The position numbers were made by a program, and so were the translations under genes. Shown here piece by piece: positions 22,636 to 35,200 of a stretch of 64,000 bases of DNA (positions within the stretch are counted from its first letter, which is position 1; each line of letters begins with the position of its first letter). Below the pieces are notes generated by a model. It was given only the letters and a program-made list of their open reading frames with translations. It was not told the origin of the DNA and did not search any database. The stretch lies in contig JBNRSN020000025.1 in NCBI GenBank assembly GCA_051313645.2, forward strand, positions 24,738,001-24,802,000. The letters run 5' to 3'. This DNA is from Centroscyllium fabricii (taxonomy: Eukaryota).

Positions 22636-23489
22636 ATATACAACTGGTCACATGTAAACACCTCGCACTCTGCCCAGCACAATGTGACTCCCTGCAAGAA
22701 TCGCCTCTATATCACTGGCACGAATGGATCAAGTAGGGCGGCATTATTCTTTGTTTAATAGCTGTTGTATCAAACCGCCGCCGTTTAATGAAGCATGTTC
22801 AATATTTGATAGTTTATTTGTAAAATGAAAACTTTTTCTGAAAATAAGTGGCTTTCCTTTTTTTCCTACTGTGCTCTCTACTTTTTCTTGTAGCCATGCA
22901 GTTTCTGGTTTGAAATTGCTAATTAAAAAGGCCGTTTAACTAAGCTGCCAAAATAATATGTAACTACAATAAAACAGGTACCTCATCTGGCCCAGGAGCA
23001 GAGACAGATGTGACCAGCAGCCCGTCTCACCCCCTCCCCCATTCACCAAACCCCCCAAAAGTTCGAAAACCTTAAATTAACTTCTTAAAAACACTACGAA
23101 CTGTCAGCAATGAGTTCGAATCAAATGCAAACAGGAATGCAATAGCTAATATGATTAAATCAGTTTTCACTGCATAACAGAAAATGTAGATTTCACACAA
23201 AAAAATCAGGCAGTCATAAATTATTAAAGTTTCAAAGCGTTTCCAATTAACACGCCTCATGTTGTACGTATCGATATAGTTGCGATGGACACTGGGTCCG
23301 GTAATACAGTGATTATTTGTCAATCTCTGGGAGTTTGAGACGTAATAAACACGAGAGGGATCATTTTTGCTAGGGAAAGTTCGTTCAAATAATTTACAGA
23401 AATTCTGCTCGGGCTATTGATTTATCTGCCCAAATAGTATTAAATGAGTCTAGTTAATGATCGGTATTTTGTTAAACGAATTACATTGG

Positions 23490-23660
23490 CTATAATTGTA
23501 GATCCCTAATTGTGTGGAATTAAAAGAGGCTCCATTTAGAATTTAGTTCCAGGACAACCAGGGATCGATTTGCTACTGTTTATTTTAATGATCGTGACGT
23601 CGTTAATTACTTTATGGCGGTTTAATTAAGTCACTCCTGTTGGCCAGTATTAAATCACGA
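23490..23660. promoter_or_regulatory. Candidate enhancer/CNE
   Basis: Clustered homeodomain sites (ctaattg, gttaattac, tttatgg, ttaattaa) and a CRE-like tgacgtc. Confidence 0.35.
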
Positions 23661-24765
23661 TAATATTTTGATTTTTAAGGTAATTGTTGAAGAAAAGAAA
23701 GCATTAAACTAGCAAATAACCAATTGTTTTCTGTTTTCCTCATTAAATCAAAGGACATGTACAATGTGTGTAACGAGCATTGTTCATGAGAGATCTTTAA
23801 ACGATGAAAGTTGAGTCTGTGCGCGTGTAAGTCTGCGAAATATGTGTAAATCCATGTGGTATGCGCGTGAGTGTTCAGGTGTGTGTAATTGAGGCGTGTA
23901 ATTGTATATTGTGACGTGTATCAATCTTTAAGTGTGTATATGTATGTGTAGATGTGCGTAGTCTGCTTGTGTGTTTTCGGTGTGTGTAAGTATATACTAG
24001 TCTGTGTGTGAGCAAATGTGTAGGTGGGTAGTGTAAATCTGTCTGTATAAGAGTGGGTGGTGGAGGATTCGAGTTGATCTGTTCACATCCCACCGCAACA
24101 ATGAAAGTGCACCAGTATATACATCTGCTACAAAAATTGCATGTATAATGCATTAATTGTCTAAAATGTACAATTAACGAGACAACTTAAGAAGCCTAGG
24201 AGATCTGGAAATGTGTATGTTATTTGCCTCGGAAATAAACACAATTTAAAGCAATTCGATTATCCCTTGGAATCTATATTAACAGCTGACCAACACTCTG
24301 GAAACAGCCGAAGTAGATCTGACTTTTAAAGGTTTGGAAACAAAGTTAAGCATCACCAGCCGATAGAGAGAGGGCTACACGCACACACGTAAGGAATTAG
24401 GCGTGCATCTATATTTTTAGCCAAGATACAGCCAGTCCCATTTGAAAATGATCATTAATAATTAAAATGACTTACAGCAGAACTATTGGACAACCAGCCA
24501 TCGCCCATTCAATGCTCCCAATCCCTTTTAAATACAGTATTTTGAACGTAGAGTTATGATCTTTGTAACTGATGCTGTACAAGTTTAAAAGAAGCACTTG
24601 AGGACATAATTTCTAAAAGATTGAGCATTGGGGCCATATAATATAAATGATCAGGTATTTACCCATAGACACAATGGACTGAAAGAAACATTAGCATCCA
24701 TGTACAAAATATCAATTCAATTATAGTGTCAGTCAATTTCAGACATCCTTGAAATGTAGCTCAAT

Positions 24766-24785
24766 GGGGGGGGGGGGGGGGGGGG
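24766..24785 (+). repeat. Poly-G tract
   Basis: About 20 consecutive G. Confidence 0.9.
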
Positions 24786-27700
24786 TTATCAAATAAAACA
24801 TTCCCTGAATAAGTATAAGTATTTTATTAATACAGGTATCATGTATTTTCTGAAAACACTTTGAAGACATTTACTTGGGTTAATTTAAAAGATTCTGCCT
24901 CACCCAGGTACATTGCAATGATCGATCAATGAAAACACAAAGAAGTGGTGTTTCTCAAACATAGGCAGATGAATGGCAGGAGATAGGGGGATACGCGCTA
25001 AATCACAGGAAGAGAAAAAAGTACACCCAGATCCTTAGGTAAGCAGTCTTTAATGTTTGTCTAACAAGCGACAAAGCGGCAGGATTTTTAGTGCGTGTGT
25101 GTTTGTTTTAGCGCCTCTAACGAGGTTGTAGTGAAAACATAACCCACTCTGTGAACTGAAAAAGGTATACCCTGTTTGTATTAGTCGTCATGTGTTAATG
25201 AGCTAAGACATGCGAATGCAAGAATCCTAGAAATAGCTCCGATTAACGTGGTCAGACTGAGAGTTCGTGAACTGACTGTAGGGAGACACAGTGATATATT
25301 GGGGTTGTAGAATGGCTCCTTTTAAGAATTCAGTATTTCCCCTTTCGAGGGGGATAGGGCAATTTTGCCTCACCATGGGGAGGGTCGTCTACATAACTCA
25401 GGTGCAGATCTCAAAGGGTTAATACGAGCCCTCTAGGCAAGAAGAAGCTATTTAATCCCTGAGACACGAAGTTTCCAATCAACAACCGGGGTACACTTGT
25501 CAGTGAAATAAGATTATAGTTAATATCAGGAGGCTGTTGTAAATGGGCAGAGACATATAATTTCCTCTAATATGCCTATGGACTCGAAATGTGTTGTTTA
25601 AAATATTCACACAGCGTTCGAGGCAGCCCAGGAGTCATGGGGCTATTTACCGGTGAGCGGTATTGTTTCACTGACAAGTGTACTCCTTGTTAACTTCCAC
25701 AGAAACAAATTGGTCTGTATTTTGTTTCTTAGAAATAGAAGGAACTCGTCCCAGTCAAGGAGGCTACAGTTTATTTTGAGATGGGATAGTTCTCTGAAAG
25801 CTGCACCCCGAATCGCCACCCACGAGAACCCTATTTACAGAAGGTGTGGTCAGGCCCTTAGCACAAACAATGCTGGATCCGTCTGTCTGTACAGGCGTGT
25901 TCCACTGAGTCAGGTAAGACTGTCTCTTGGCGGTTCTCAAATGATGTCCTTACCCCCTTGGGCATTGACAAATGATCACTATCACCCACATTGAACCCTC
26001 CCCGATTGTTGGATTTATTTTAAATTGAGAGGCTGGTCATTAGTGCCCCATTTTTTAAAAGACGGTTACAACTTACAAAAATGTATATTTTTCTGCTCAC
26101 GTCTACGGGCTGTCTGGCAGATAATATTCAGTGGTGCTGACAATAAAATAATTGGGTGAAGGAATTTCTGAGCCAATCCGGTGAGGAAGTTATCACAAGA
26201 GATTCAACTCTTAATCCAACTTCCTTTAGTAACTGAGCTTTAAAGCACGTGGATAATCCAATGCCTTCACATTGAAGCTTGGCAACTCCTTCAAAAACAG
26301 TTACCCTAATTATCAGGGCCCACTTCTTCACTAAAAATAATTCGTATTAAATCAATACAGAGAGAAAAGAAACATATTGTAAAATGAATGATAATCCGTT
26401 GTGTATTTATGTTAAAGGAAAGTGATGGTTATCTGAAAGGTTGGAGAATAGTCAAGACTTTGGAGCTAGGCAGGTTTCAGCCGGGGTTTTACCTCTTGCA
26501 GTCAACACCTCAATGTGTCTATAGACTGCGATTTTAACCAATTTAAAAAGAGAGAATATCCTGCTTAGTGTGCCCAAACGCTATACATATGTCCATTTTT
26601 ACTGAGCACGGTTCCTCAGTCGCCCCTTTTTACTCTCCTGCTTACATTTTGTGCATAACTGCCCCGCTCCCCATGTGGCACGATTGAGTTGTACTCCGGT
26701 GAGGTTATGAATTTGGAGAGTGAACTGCTGATCCCATTCACCGTATCACGCAAACGGATTAACAATTGTCGTAACAAGAGGCAACTGAGAGATATCAGTC
26801 CGCATACAAATAGTCTCACTTTCGGACTGTTCTTCTTGACCCAGGGTCACTACCAAAAAGTAGCCCGGGGGGCGAATCCTCTTGTGTCCAGAACTTTCTC
26901 TACAAGTTGCATATTGTCCCAGGTAGGACAGGAATAAGCTGCAAAAGAATCGCTGACGTGTGCCTGCAAGAAACTCTCTTCACTAATAATACGATCTAAT
27001 ATTTTAAATAGAAAACTAATATTTTAATATTCTAGGTGAGCATTTTAATTTATAAAATGTTGTAAGTCAATCTGTTGCAGTGGTACACGGCTAAACCAAT
27101 CTGAAGAGCGTTGTTTTGTTAAGGAATAATAGACAGAATCACGGAATGTGAATCGAAAGTTCCGGAATCTCATTTAAGTAAAACCATATTCGGAATTAAT
27201 CAGAGTCCATAAGCCAAAGGTCCTAACAAAAACCGATAGGATCGCAGAGCACAATCTCCAAAACACCCCTCGGTTTAAAAAAAATGAATTTGATTTATTC
27301 AGTCGCCATAAAGCAGGAGCTTTGACCCGATCAGCTCCTGACATTAACTTGCTACACCTACTTTGGGTCCCCTTAGGAAAGGGCTAAGAATTATTGTTAC
27401 AGAACATGTTACGATTACAAGGTAATCCATCAGAAGACGCTTTCCCCATTAACCGAAACATTATAGACTGGTAATCTCAACAGTTTACAGTGGGGCATAA
27501 AGGAACGTTGAAATATTGTAATATTCGTAATTTTCATATATTTTTTAAATACTTCGAATAATTTAGGGAAATTATACAACGTGAATCTGTCAACTTGATT
27601 CAAGAAAACGATTTGGTGTAATATCACATAAAAATGAGCTTCTTTGTAAAATATGGATGGTGCAATAACAGTTTGGGCTTATAAACGCCACTACAATATA

Positions 27701-30109
27701 TCTCCTGCAAAGTAACATCCCCCAGTTGAACCAGACGCCACTTTGCATTTCAATTCTGGAGTAAATAGCTTGACTGCCTTCTAACCTGCCTCTAAAGCAG
27801 TGTGGATGTTTTAAATAACACATTTCCTGACCATGGGCATATTAGAGTAAATTAAATATTTGTCATTTCGTTTACAGCAAAAAAAGGCCGAACACAAAGA
27901 TGACCCAGCTCCCTGTGTCCCTGTGCTAAGGGCTCTATTCGGTCTGATATTATTCTTTCATAAAAGATTTATGCACTCCTCCTCTGCTATTCTCTACCTC
28001 TCGTGCCCGAGGTAACAACATTTTTAAAGGGGTAAAAAAAGGTGTTTTAAAATCATGTGACTCTCTCATCTAGCTTCCCTTGAAAGATTAAGACTGTGAT
28101 ACGTGTCCCTACGGGTCGTTTGATTGATTACATCATCCTAAGGTCACTTCTACTTCTGGTAATTTTCTTTTTGCCCCGGGGCTCTGCATTCGCGCATTTT
28201 TATTGCACACTTTGGAGACGTGCAGCTTCGTTGTTTTAGTCGTATGGATTAATGACTTGAGTGCAATGAAGTGAAACAGGGATTGCAATGGCGAACTGCC
28301 TTTACAGCCACGACATGGGTCTTAAAGTGGCAACAGCCGCCCCTTTTCTCCCTCTCTCTGAATCTGGAGTATTAGTAACGGTTTAAAGATCCCTTTTAGT
28401 ACAAATAACAAGCGCCCTTGTGGTTCAGTATCTCTTATCCACCTTGAAATGTTAATATCACCAAATATAAACCATCTCCCAAAGATATAGGGGAGATTTC
28501 TTTCAAACACAATCGAAAAGGCCAACACAGCAGTAAAACATGAGGGTTGTACACCTAATACATATTACTGCAACCAGCAAAATGCAACCCAATGGTGATG
28601 TATCATATTAATTTAATCAAAGATCACGGCAAATAATTACATACAATATATTATAACACAGAAGATTTATATTTATATAACTGGTTTATTTCTACGCTTC
28701 AATATTTGTGATCTCTAATAGTAAGGTGTGGAAATATAATGGCACATTATTAATGGTTTGAACATATACCCAAATATCTGAAGAATAATGTGCCTTTAAA
28801 TGCATACTATCCTCGATCACCAAAGGCTGCTGTGTCTTTAAGAAAATGCTGGTCCTACGCAAACTTTCAAAAATCAATCTGCATATATTTGTTACCAGCG
28901 AAACGATAATTTAAAAAGTTAAAAACGACAAAAATATCTCTCTCAACACATATAATATATACATATACACAGAACACATACACATACATTCATACAAACA
29001 TACATATGCACACCCACGTATACATTAAGCAGTCATTGTTGTAACAGTTGCATCTTGGCCGCAGTGACCAAACAAAAACAGAAGTAACACAGAAACATTG
29101 GAGGAGATGCAACCTGGTTAATGTAGGCTGCTTGTAAACACCTACCAAAGGGGGCACTCAGGATCCGCCAAGTTCAAGATTTGATGCTGTTCCAAGGGGC
29201 GGTCCCGTCCATTTATGAAAAAAATACCCTGCCCTACATCTGTCTCCAAAGCCGCACCCTCACAATGGATATACAGCTCCTGAAAAGTGACTGCAGACAG
29301 ATCGCTTCAAATGTAAAACAACCAGTTATTAAAAGTTTTATTTCGGAAAAGATCAACTCAAAATTACAGTTATTTAAATATATTTTTCATAGCAATTACT
29401 GTGATGATAGATACAGGTGGGGGCGGGGGGTCCCAACACCCCTCTGTAGTGCTGGACTCAATTGTTCCCCAGATATTCAATGTAAGTGCAAAAGATGGGA
29501 GCAGAGACAAGCGAAATAAATACAGTACATGTGAATTTAGTTAAGTTCGGGGAAGAACGACAAATGATACTGACGTTTCAAGAAGTTATTTAGGAAATGT
29601 CAGAATATTTGACCACTTAATTCCACGGGAGGAAACGTGTCTATTAAAACCAAAACAAAGAAAAGTTAAGGGACAGGTTTTTTTTGCCATTTACCGGAAT
29701 TCTGAAAGCGTCTCATGATCTCTTCGCTCGAACGTGTTCAGGATTTTTGGCCGAGAACTTCGAATCCGCCAGAAGTTCGAGACATGATGGGAACATTTTC
29801 CAATGTCAAATGCACCAAAGATTTGATCTCGTCACATGGTCACAGCACCTACTCCTGTGTCTCTGTCTGTCTTCCTGCGTCTGTCTGTCTGGGTCTGCCC
29901 ATGTCTGTGCGTCTCTCACTCTCTATCTATTTATATATTTATTTCATGTCTATCTAGTTACTTGTGTGTGTGTGTGTCCATCAGTCTTTCTTTCTGTATG
30001 TCTCTCTATCTGTTTATCCATATTTCTGCCTCTCCCTCTATAAAATAAAATAAATCATATTGTGGAAACAAAAGGACAATCAGTCAAAATAATAGAAACG
30101 CACCAAGTA

Positions 30110-30440
30110 GAGGTCACGGTGTAAAATCTGGTGCTGTCCAGGCGGGGTGGCGTGGATCACAGTGATCAGGTTGATAAACTCTAATGAATGCGGAGGCACA
30201 TTTCATTGAGATGCCCGGGGCAGTTCTATCAAAAGGCGACGCCAAAACACGCGACACCCCACGCCCTGGGCTAGAGCCCGGCTTCACAAACCAGACCTGT
30301 GTCTTTGGAGGGGAAGGGGGCTCTGCCTTTATGTGGTCGCGCTCTTGAATAGAAGCAATTTGTTTACTGTTGTGAGCGACAGCCTTCTCCATTAGTTGGG
30401 GGCTGCCGGCGCGGTCCCGCAGCAGTGGACAAGTTTACAA
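30110..30440. promoter_or_regulatory. Candidate enhancer/CNE
   Basis: CpG/GC-rich non-coding block with GATA (tgataa), Fox (tgtttac) and homeodomain (ctaatg, cattag) sites. Confidence 0.4.
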
Positions 30441-32824
30441 CACTCTCAGAGAGTGAGCGATGCAAAATGAAAGGATCCTGGAAGGAGGATACTACATCAG
30501 AGCTGAGAAATGAGTGCCTTTAGTGACTAGCAGCAATCCATCACTCCCTCAAAATAGAAATACTCCTGAACCGATATTGGGTGCTGTGTTGTGAGGCAAT
30601 AGATTTAGAACATTGACTACTTTTTTCTGATATCTAAAAAAAAGCCCAGCTGCTTCACACCAGCTTTAAAAATAATAGAATCGTGTATTGGAGACCATTC
30701 TCCTGCTCCGTCATGCTATAAGTTGTTTATCAATAACTATTTTGAGTTGTTGTTCCACAAAACAATCGATTATTTAGATACTTCATTGTTTTGAACATAA
30801 TTGCTCATTCGATGGTGTATAGATTGTGTTTAAAGGGACTCCTGATTATCTCCATGTTGTTAGTCTCAGGAACTTTCACAGGAATTATATTGAATTTGGA
30901 AACATATATTTAACAGATATTTTTGTAGCGAATTTTATTTTCAGTGACTCCTCCCCGATTCAATGGAGAGCGAGAATGTCTAATTCGGGACGGCAATTAT
31001 ACATTCATTTAAAAAATCCAAAATTAAGTTTAATATTTTAATAAATATATATATTTGAGAAGAATTTTGGTCTGTCATTGATTCCCTTTCGAAAGTACTT
31101 TCTGAAAAGTTAAATGCATCTTTGGTACCTTACTCAGGATTTATTCTGCGCCCAGCCCCGCCGGGCGCACAGTATTGCGTTAATTTCCCCGGAGCAAACA
31201 ACCGAATCCAGTGCAGGTGAAAGCGACCAGTGTTCAAGCTGACAAATTGAGTCTTAACGTTTCGCAAAGTCCAGCGCTGCTGCTTTCCAAAGTGGAGCTA
31301 ATTAATTGCAATGAACTAACAACGCTGTACTCCGCCCTCCCTTTTTTCGCTCGCTTTTTAAAGATATTTATGCAATAACTAAATTATAAAAAAGTACATA
31401 TTATAAATGAAACGAGTTAAATGTTCTATTGTAACCAGCGAGGCTTTAAATCCTGACCTGCTAACCCATTTTGAGTTGAGTTTTATAATGAATGGCATTA
31501 AGGGCAATGAAAAAGTAAGGATTAATCTGTGAAAGTAAGCAGCCACTTCTAGCACTCAAGGGCAACCAATGCATCTAAACAACCAAACTAACCTTCAGAG
31601 TGCCACGTGTGTTTGTTCGAAATTATAGCATTTAATAATTCACTAATTTGTATTCAACGCTAATGGGAAACATATATGTGGGGGTTGTGAATGGGTCACT
31701 AGTGCATCCGTGTAACAGTTTGTATTGATGTATCCGCTCCTCCCCTTCACACACTATCATGTGTTATAAGTCATTGGTTTGCAAAAATTACAACGGGATT
31801 TACTTGAAACAGAACTCTGTGAACCTATTGATGTATAGTTCAGCGATATATTGCTGCTCTGCCGTCTGCTCTCCCATCTCACCTATAAAAATATATGTAA
31901 TGATCACATTTTCCTTCAAACAAGATTTGTCCCCTTGAAATACAGATCTAAACATGCTGAGTAGCCCTTGTGTTTTCTCATGCCCTCTTTGCCATTCTGT
32001 TCTAGCTTACGGCTTGGATGTGGCTGTTATCTGTGCGTTTGACCCCCTGGAGTGTTGCAGGCTGAGTCCAGCCAGTCCTGGCTCTCACTAGCCCCCAGCT
32101 GTATATCCTGATTGGGATTAGCGGTCAGACTTCTCATTTACCACAACCACAAAGGTCCTGAACCCAATTAATGGCTAATAATTACACTCTAAACTCCTCC
32201 ACAATCCCTCCCTGCATCATTAGTCGGAGCTCCGGATGTGAGAAGGATCCACTGTGATCAAGCTCTTGAGTGGCTTGGTCCGTCTACCATCCTCATTATA
32301 CACAGAGAGAAAAAACAGTTGGTCTAAAAACTAGAAGAGCTTCTATCATAATAACTGTGAATTATGTGCACAGATCACTAATGTAACTATTTGAGGAATT
32401 TTTAATACACGAGCCCTGTGGATAGGTATCAGCCTCCTTTTTCCATTCGTGAAATGCAGATAGACTCCACAATCGAGGAAAATCTTCAAGGTATAAAGAC
32501 CCCTCTTTGTGGCTATTAAATATTGGATGTGTCGTACATTTTTGGAAAACAAATGTCGGCTTGACAGCTACCAGTTAATGAGGAAACGTGCATAGCCTAC
32601 TAACTGGAGAATATTAGCTGTTAGCTGCGGCAAACCGATTTACCTGTAACATTCTTCATTCTCCCAGCAATGCCAGTGACCCCCCAACAGATTCGGTGAA
32701 CTTCAGAATGCAGAATGTTGTCAATGGCATGGAGAAGGATAAAGGTAACTGGGAACTACCTTTAAATGAATTCACAACACTTGTGCTGTGTTGTTGCGAA
32801 CTCATTTCTGATTCAAATATTATC

Positions 32825-33725
32825 AGTGACCACCTAGAGCCCCTCGTCTACTGATCATCAATCACACCATTGGTGGCCATTTACTTTGTTTTTACTCACC
32901 AATCCAATCTTAGCCATCTACCTTTCGTCTACTGAATGTCCTACCATCAATGACTTTCTAGAAACCGCGTATCTACAGACCATCTTGCCATCAGTTATCA
33001 TCCATAAACCCCGCATCTACTGACCATAACAACAACAACTTGTATTTATATGGCGCCTTTGACGCAGTAAAATGTGCCAAGGTGCTTCACAGGAGTGTTA
33101 TAAAACAAAATTGGACACCGAGCCACATAAGCGGATATTAGGGCAGATGTCCAAAAGCTTGGTTAAAGAGGTAGGTTTTAATGAGTGTTTTAAAGGAGGA
33201 AAGAGAGGCAGAGACGTCTAGGGAGGGAATTCCAGAGTTTAGGGCTTTATCAGGCTTCTGAGTCAGCCTAAGCTGAAGGCACTGCCGCCAATGGTGGAGC
33301 GATTAAAATCGGGGATGCTCAAGAGGCCAGAATTGGAGGAGCGCAGATATCTCAGAGGGCTGTGGGGCTGGAGGAGATTACAAAGATAGGGAGGGGCGAG
33401 GCCACGGAGGGATTTGAAAACAAGGATGAGAATTTTAAAATGGAGGCGTTGCTTAACCAATCAGCGAGCACAGGGATAATGGGTGAACTCTGCCTCTACT
33501 AATCATTCCATCATTAATAGCCATCCAGAAACCCTGCATCTACTGACCATCCCATCATTATTGACCATCTATAAAACATGCAGGTATTGGCCATGCTGCC
33601 AGCAGTGACCATAGTCAGAAACTGCATTTAATACTGGCCATCCCATCTTTGTGGACCATCTACAACGACTGTATGTACTCACCATCCCATTAGTGACCAT
33701 GTGCACATCCTAATTATTATGACCG
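32825..33725. repeat. Highly degenerate ~45-bp tandem repeat (catctactgaccatcccatcattagtgaccatctagaaacc) split by L2
   Basis: Recurring tctactgaccat / agtgaccat motifs on both sides of the L2. Confidence 0.6.
33027..33488 (-). mobile_element. L2 LINE 3' fragment
   Basis: Minus-strand FKILILVFKSLRGLAPPYLCNLLQP...LRSSNSGLLSIP...GGSAFS, with an (aac)n tail. Confidence 0.9.
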
Positions 33726-34421
33726 TTGCTACGTTTATGTTAGAATCGACACACCATGCTGATCATAGGAATTGTAGTAAATTCTTGAAAACGGTAGATT
33801 TAGGCTGACTCAGAAGCCTGATAAAACCTGTTTCCAAACCTGTTACATTTTACTTCTTAACTGCTTACCGAAATTGATCACAGAGAGCAGAGAGAACCAG
33901 AAACCAGAACAGAATATAAAGCGAGAGGCAACAAATTGTAACACGCTATGTGTACAAATTCTAAACTCTCTGGAACACTGAGATCCGGACTCAGATGAAT
34001 AGGAAATTTTCTTTTGACGTGTTTAAACGTTATCTGTTCAATTTTGCATTCTGCAGTTTGCACGAGTCCAAAATTAGGAAATGCCTTGATCAAAAACAGT
34101 CTATCCGACCGTCCCCCCTGTATTGGCGGCTAATTTGCAACAACTTTTGATTTGCGAGTGGTACATTTTGTGTCTGAATGGGTGCCCATTGTTCAGCAAT
34201 ATAAGACTAATATGCTGAGAACAACTACAGGTGGAAGAAGAAACTGTCTTGTAATCTTGTGCGAAATGCATATCAAATCTTAAAGAATATAAAAAGGGAT
34301 TCCTTACCTTAGGATAAAATGAGTTGGGGCCTGTGTCTAACATGTCCTGGTTCCTCCCTCTGAAGTGTAAATGGGAGCAGAAACTTGCCAAGGGGCATTG
34401 ATAGAGTAAGAGAGTGGGCAA

Positions 34422-35200
34422 CACTGTGGCAGATGGAGTTCAATGTGGAGAAGTGTGATGTTATCCAGCTTGGACCTAAGAAAGATAGATCAGAATATTT
34501 TCTAAATGGTGAGAAGCTGGGAACTGTGCAGGAGCAGTGAAATTTAGAGACCCATGTAAAAAATTACTAAAAGCTAGTGGACAGGTACAAAAAGTAATTT
34601 AAAGGGCTGGAATATAAAGGGGTGGGGGTAATGCTGGAGCTGTATTCGATTGTATCTGGAGTACAGCGTTTAGTTTTGGCACCACATCTCAGGAAGGATA
34701 TGTTGGCCTTGGAGATGGTGCAAAGTAGATTTACCTGAATGACACCGGGGCTAAAAGGGTTAAATTACGAGGACATGTTGCATAGACTGGGTTTGTATTC
34801 CCTTGAGAATCGAAGATTAAGAGATGATCTAATTGAGGTATTTAACGCGATTAAACGATTTGATGGGGAAGATAGAGGAAAACTATTCCCTCTGGTGAGG
34901 GAGTCCAGAACAAGAGGGCATAACCTTAAAATTAAAGTTAGGCCATTCAGGGGTGATGTTAGGAAGCACTTCGACACACAAAGGGTAGTGGCAATCTGGA
35001 ACTCTCTTCCCCAAAAAGCTGTTGCGGCTAGGCCAATTAAACATTTCAAAACTGAGCTTGATAGACTTTTGTTAGGTAAGGGCATTAAGGGATATGGAAG
35101 CAAGACGGGTCGACGGAGTTAAGATACCGATCCGTTATCTAATTGAATGGCGGAGCAGGCTTGGGCTGAACGGCCTACTCCTGTTCCTGTGTTTCTTTTG
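34422..35200 (+). mobile_element. CR1 LINE fragment
   Basis: WQMEFNVEKC..., LGLYSLENRRLRDDLIEVF...RTRGH...TQRVVAIWNSLP, CR1 tail. Confidence 0.9.
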
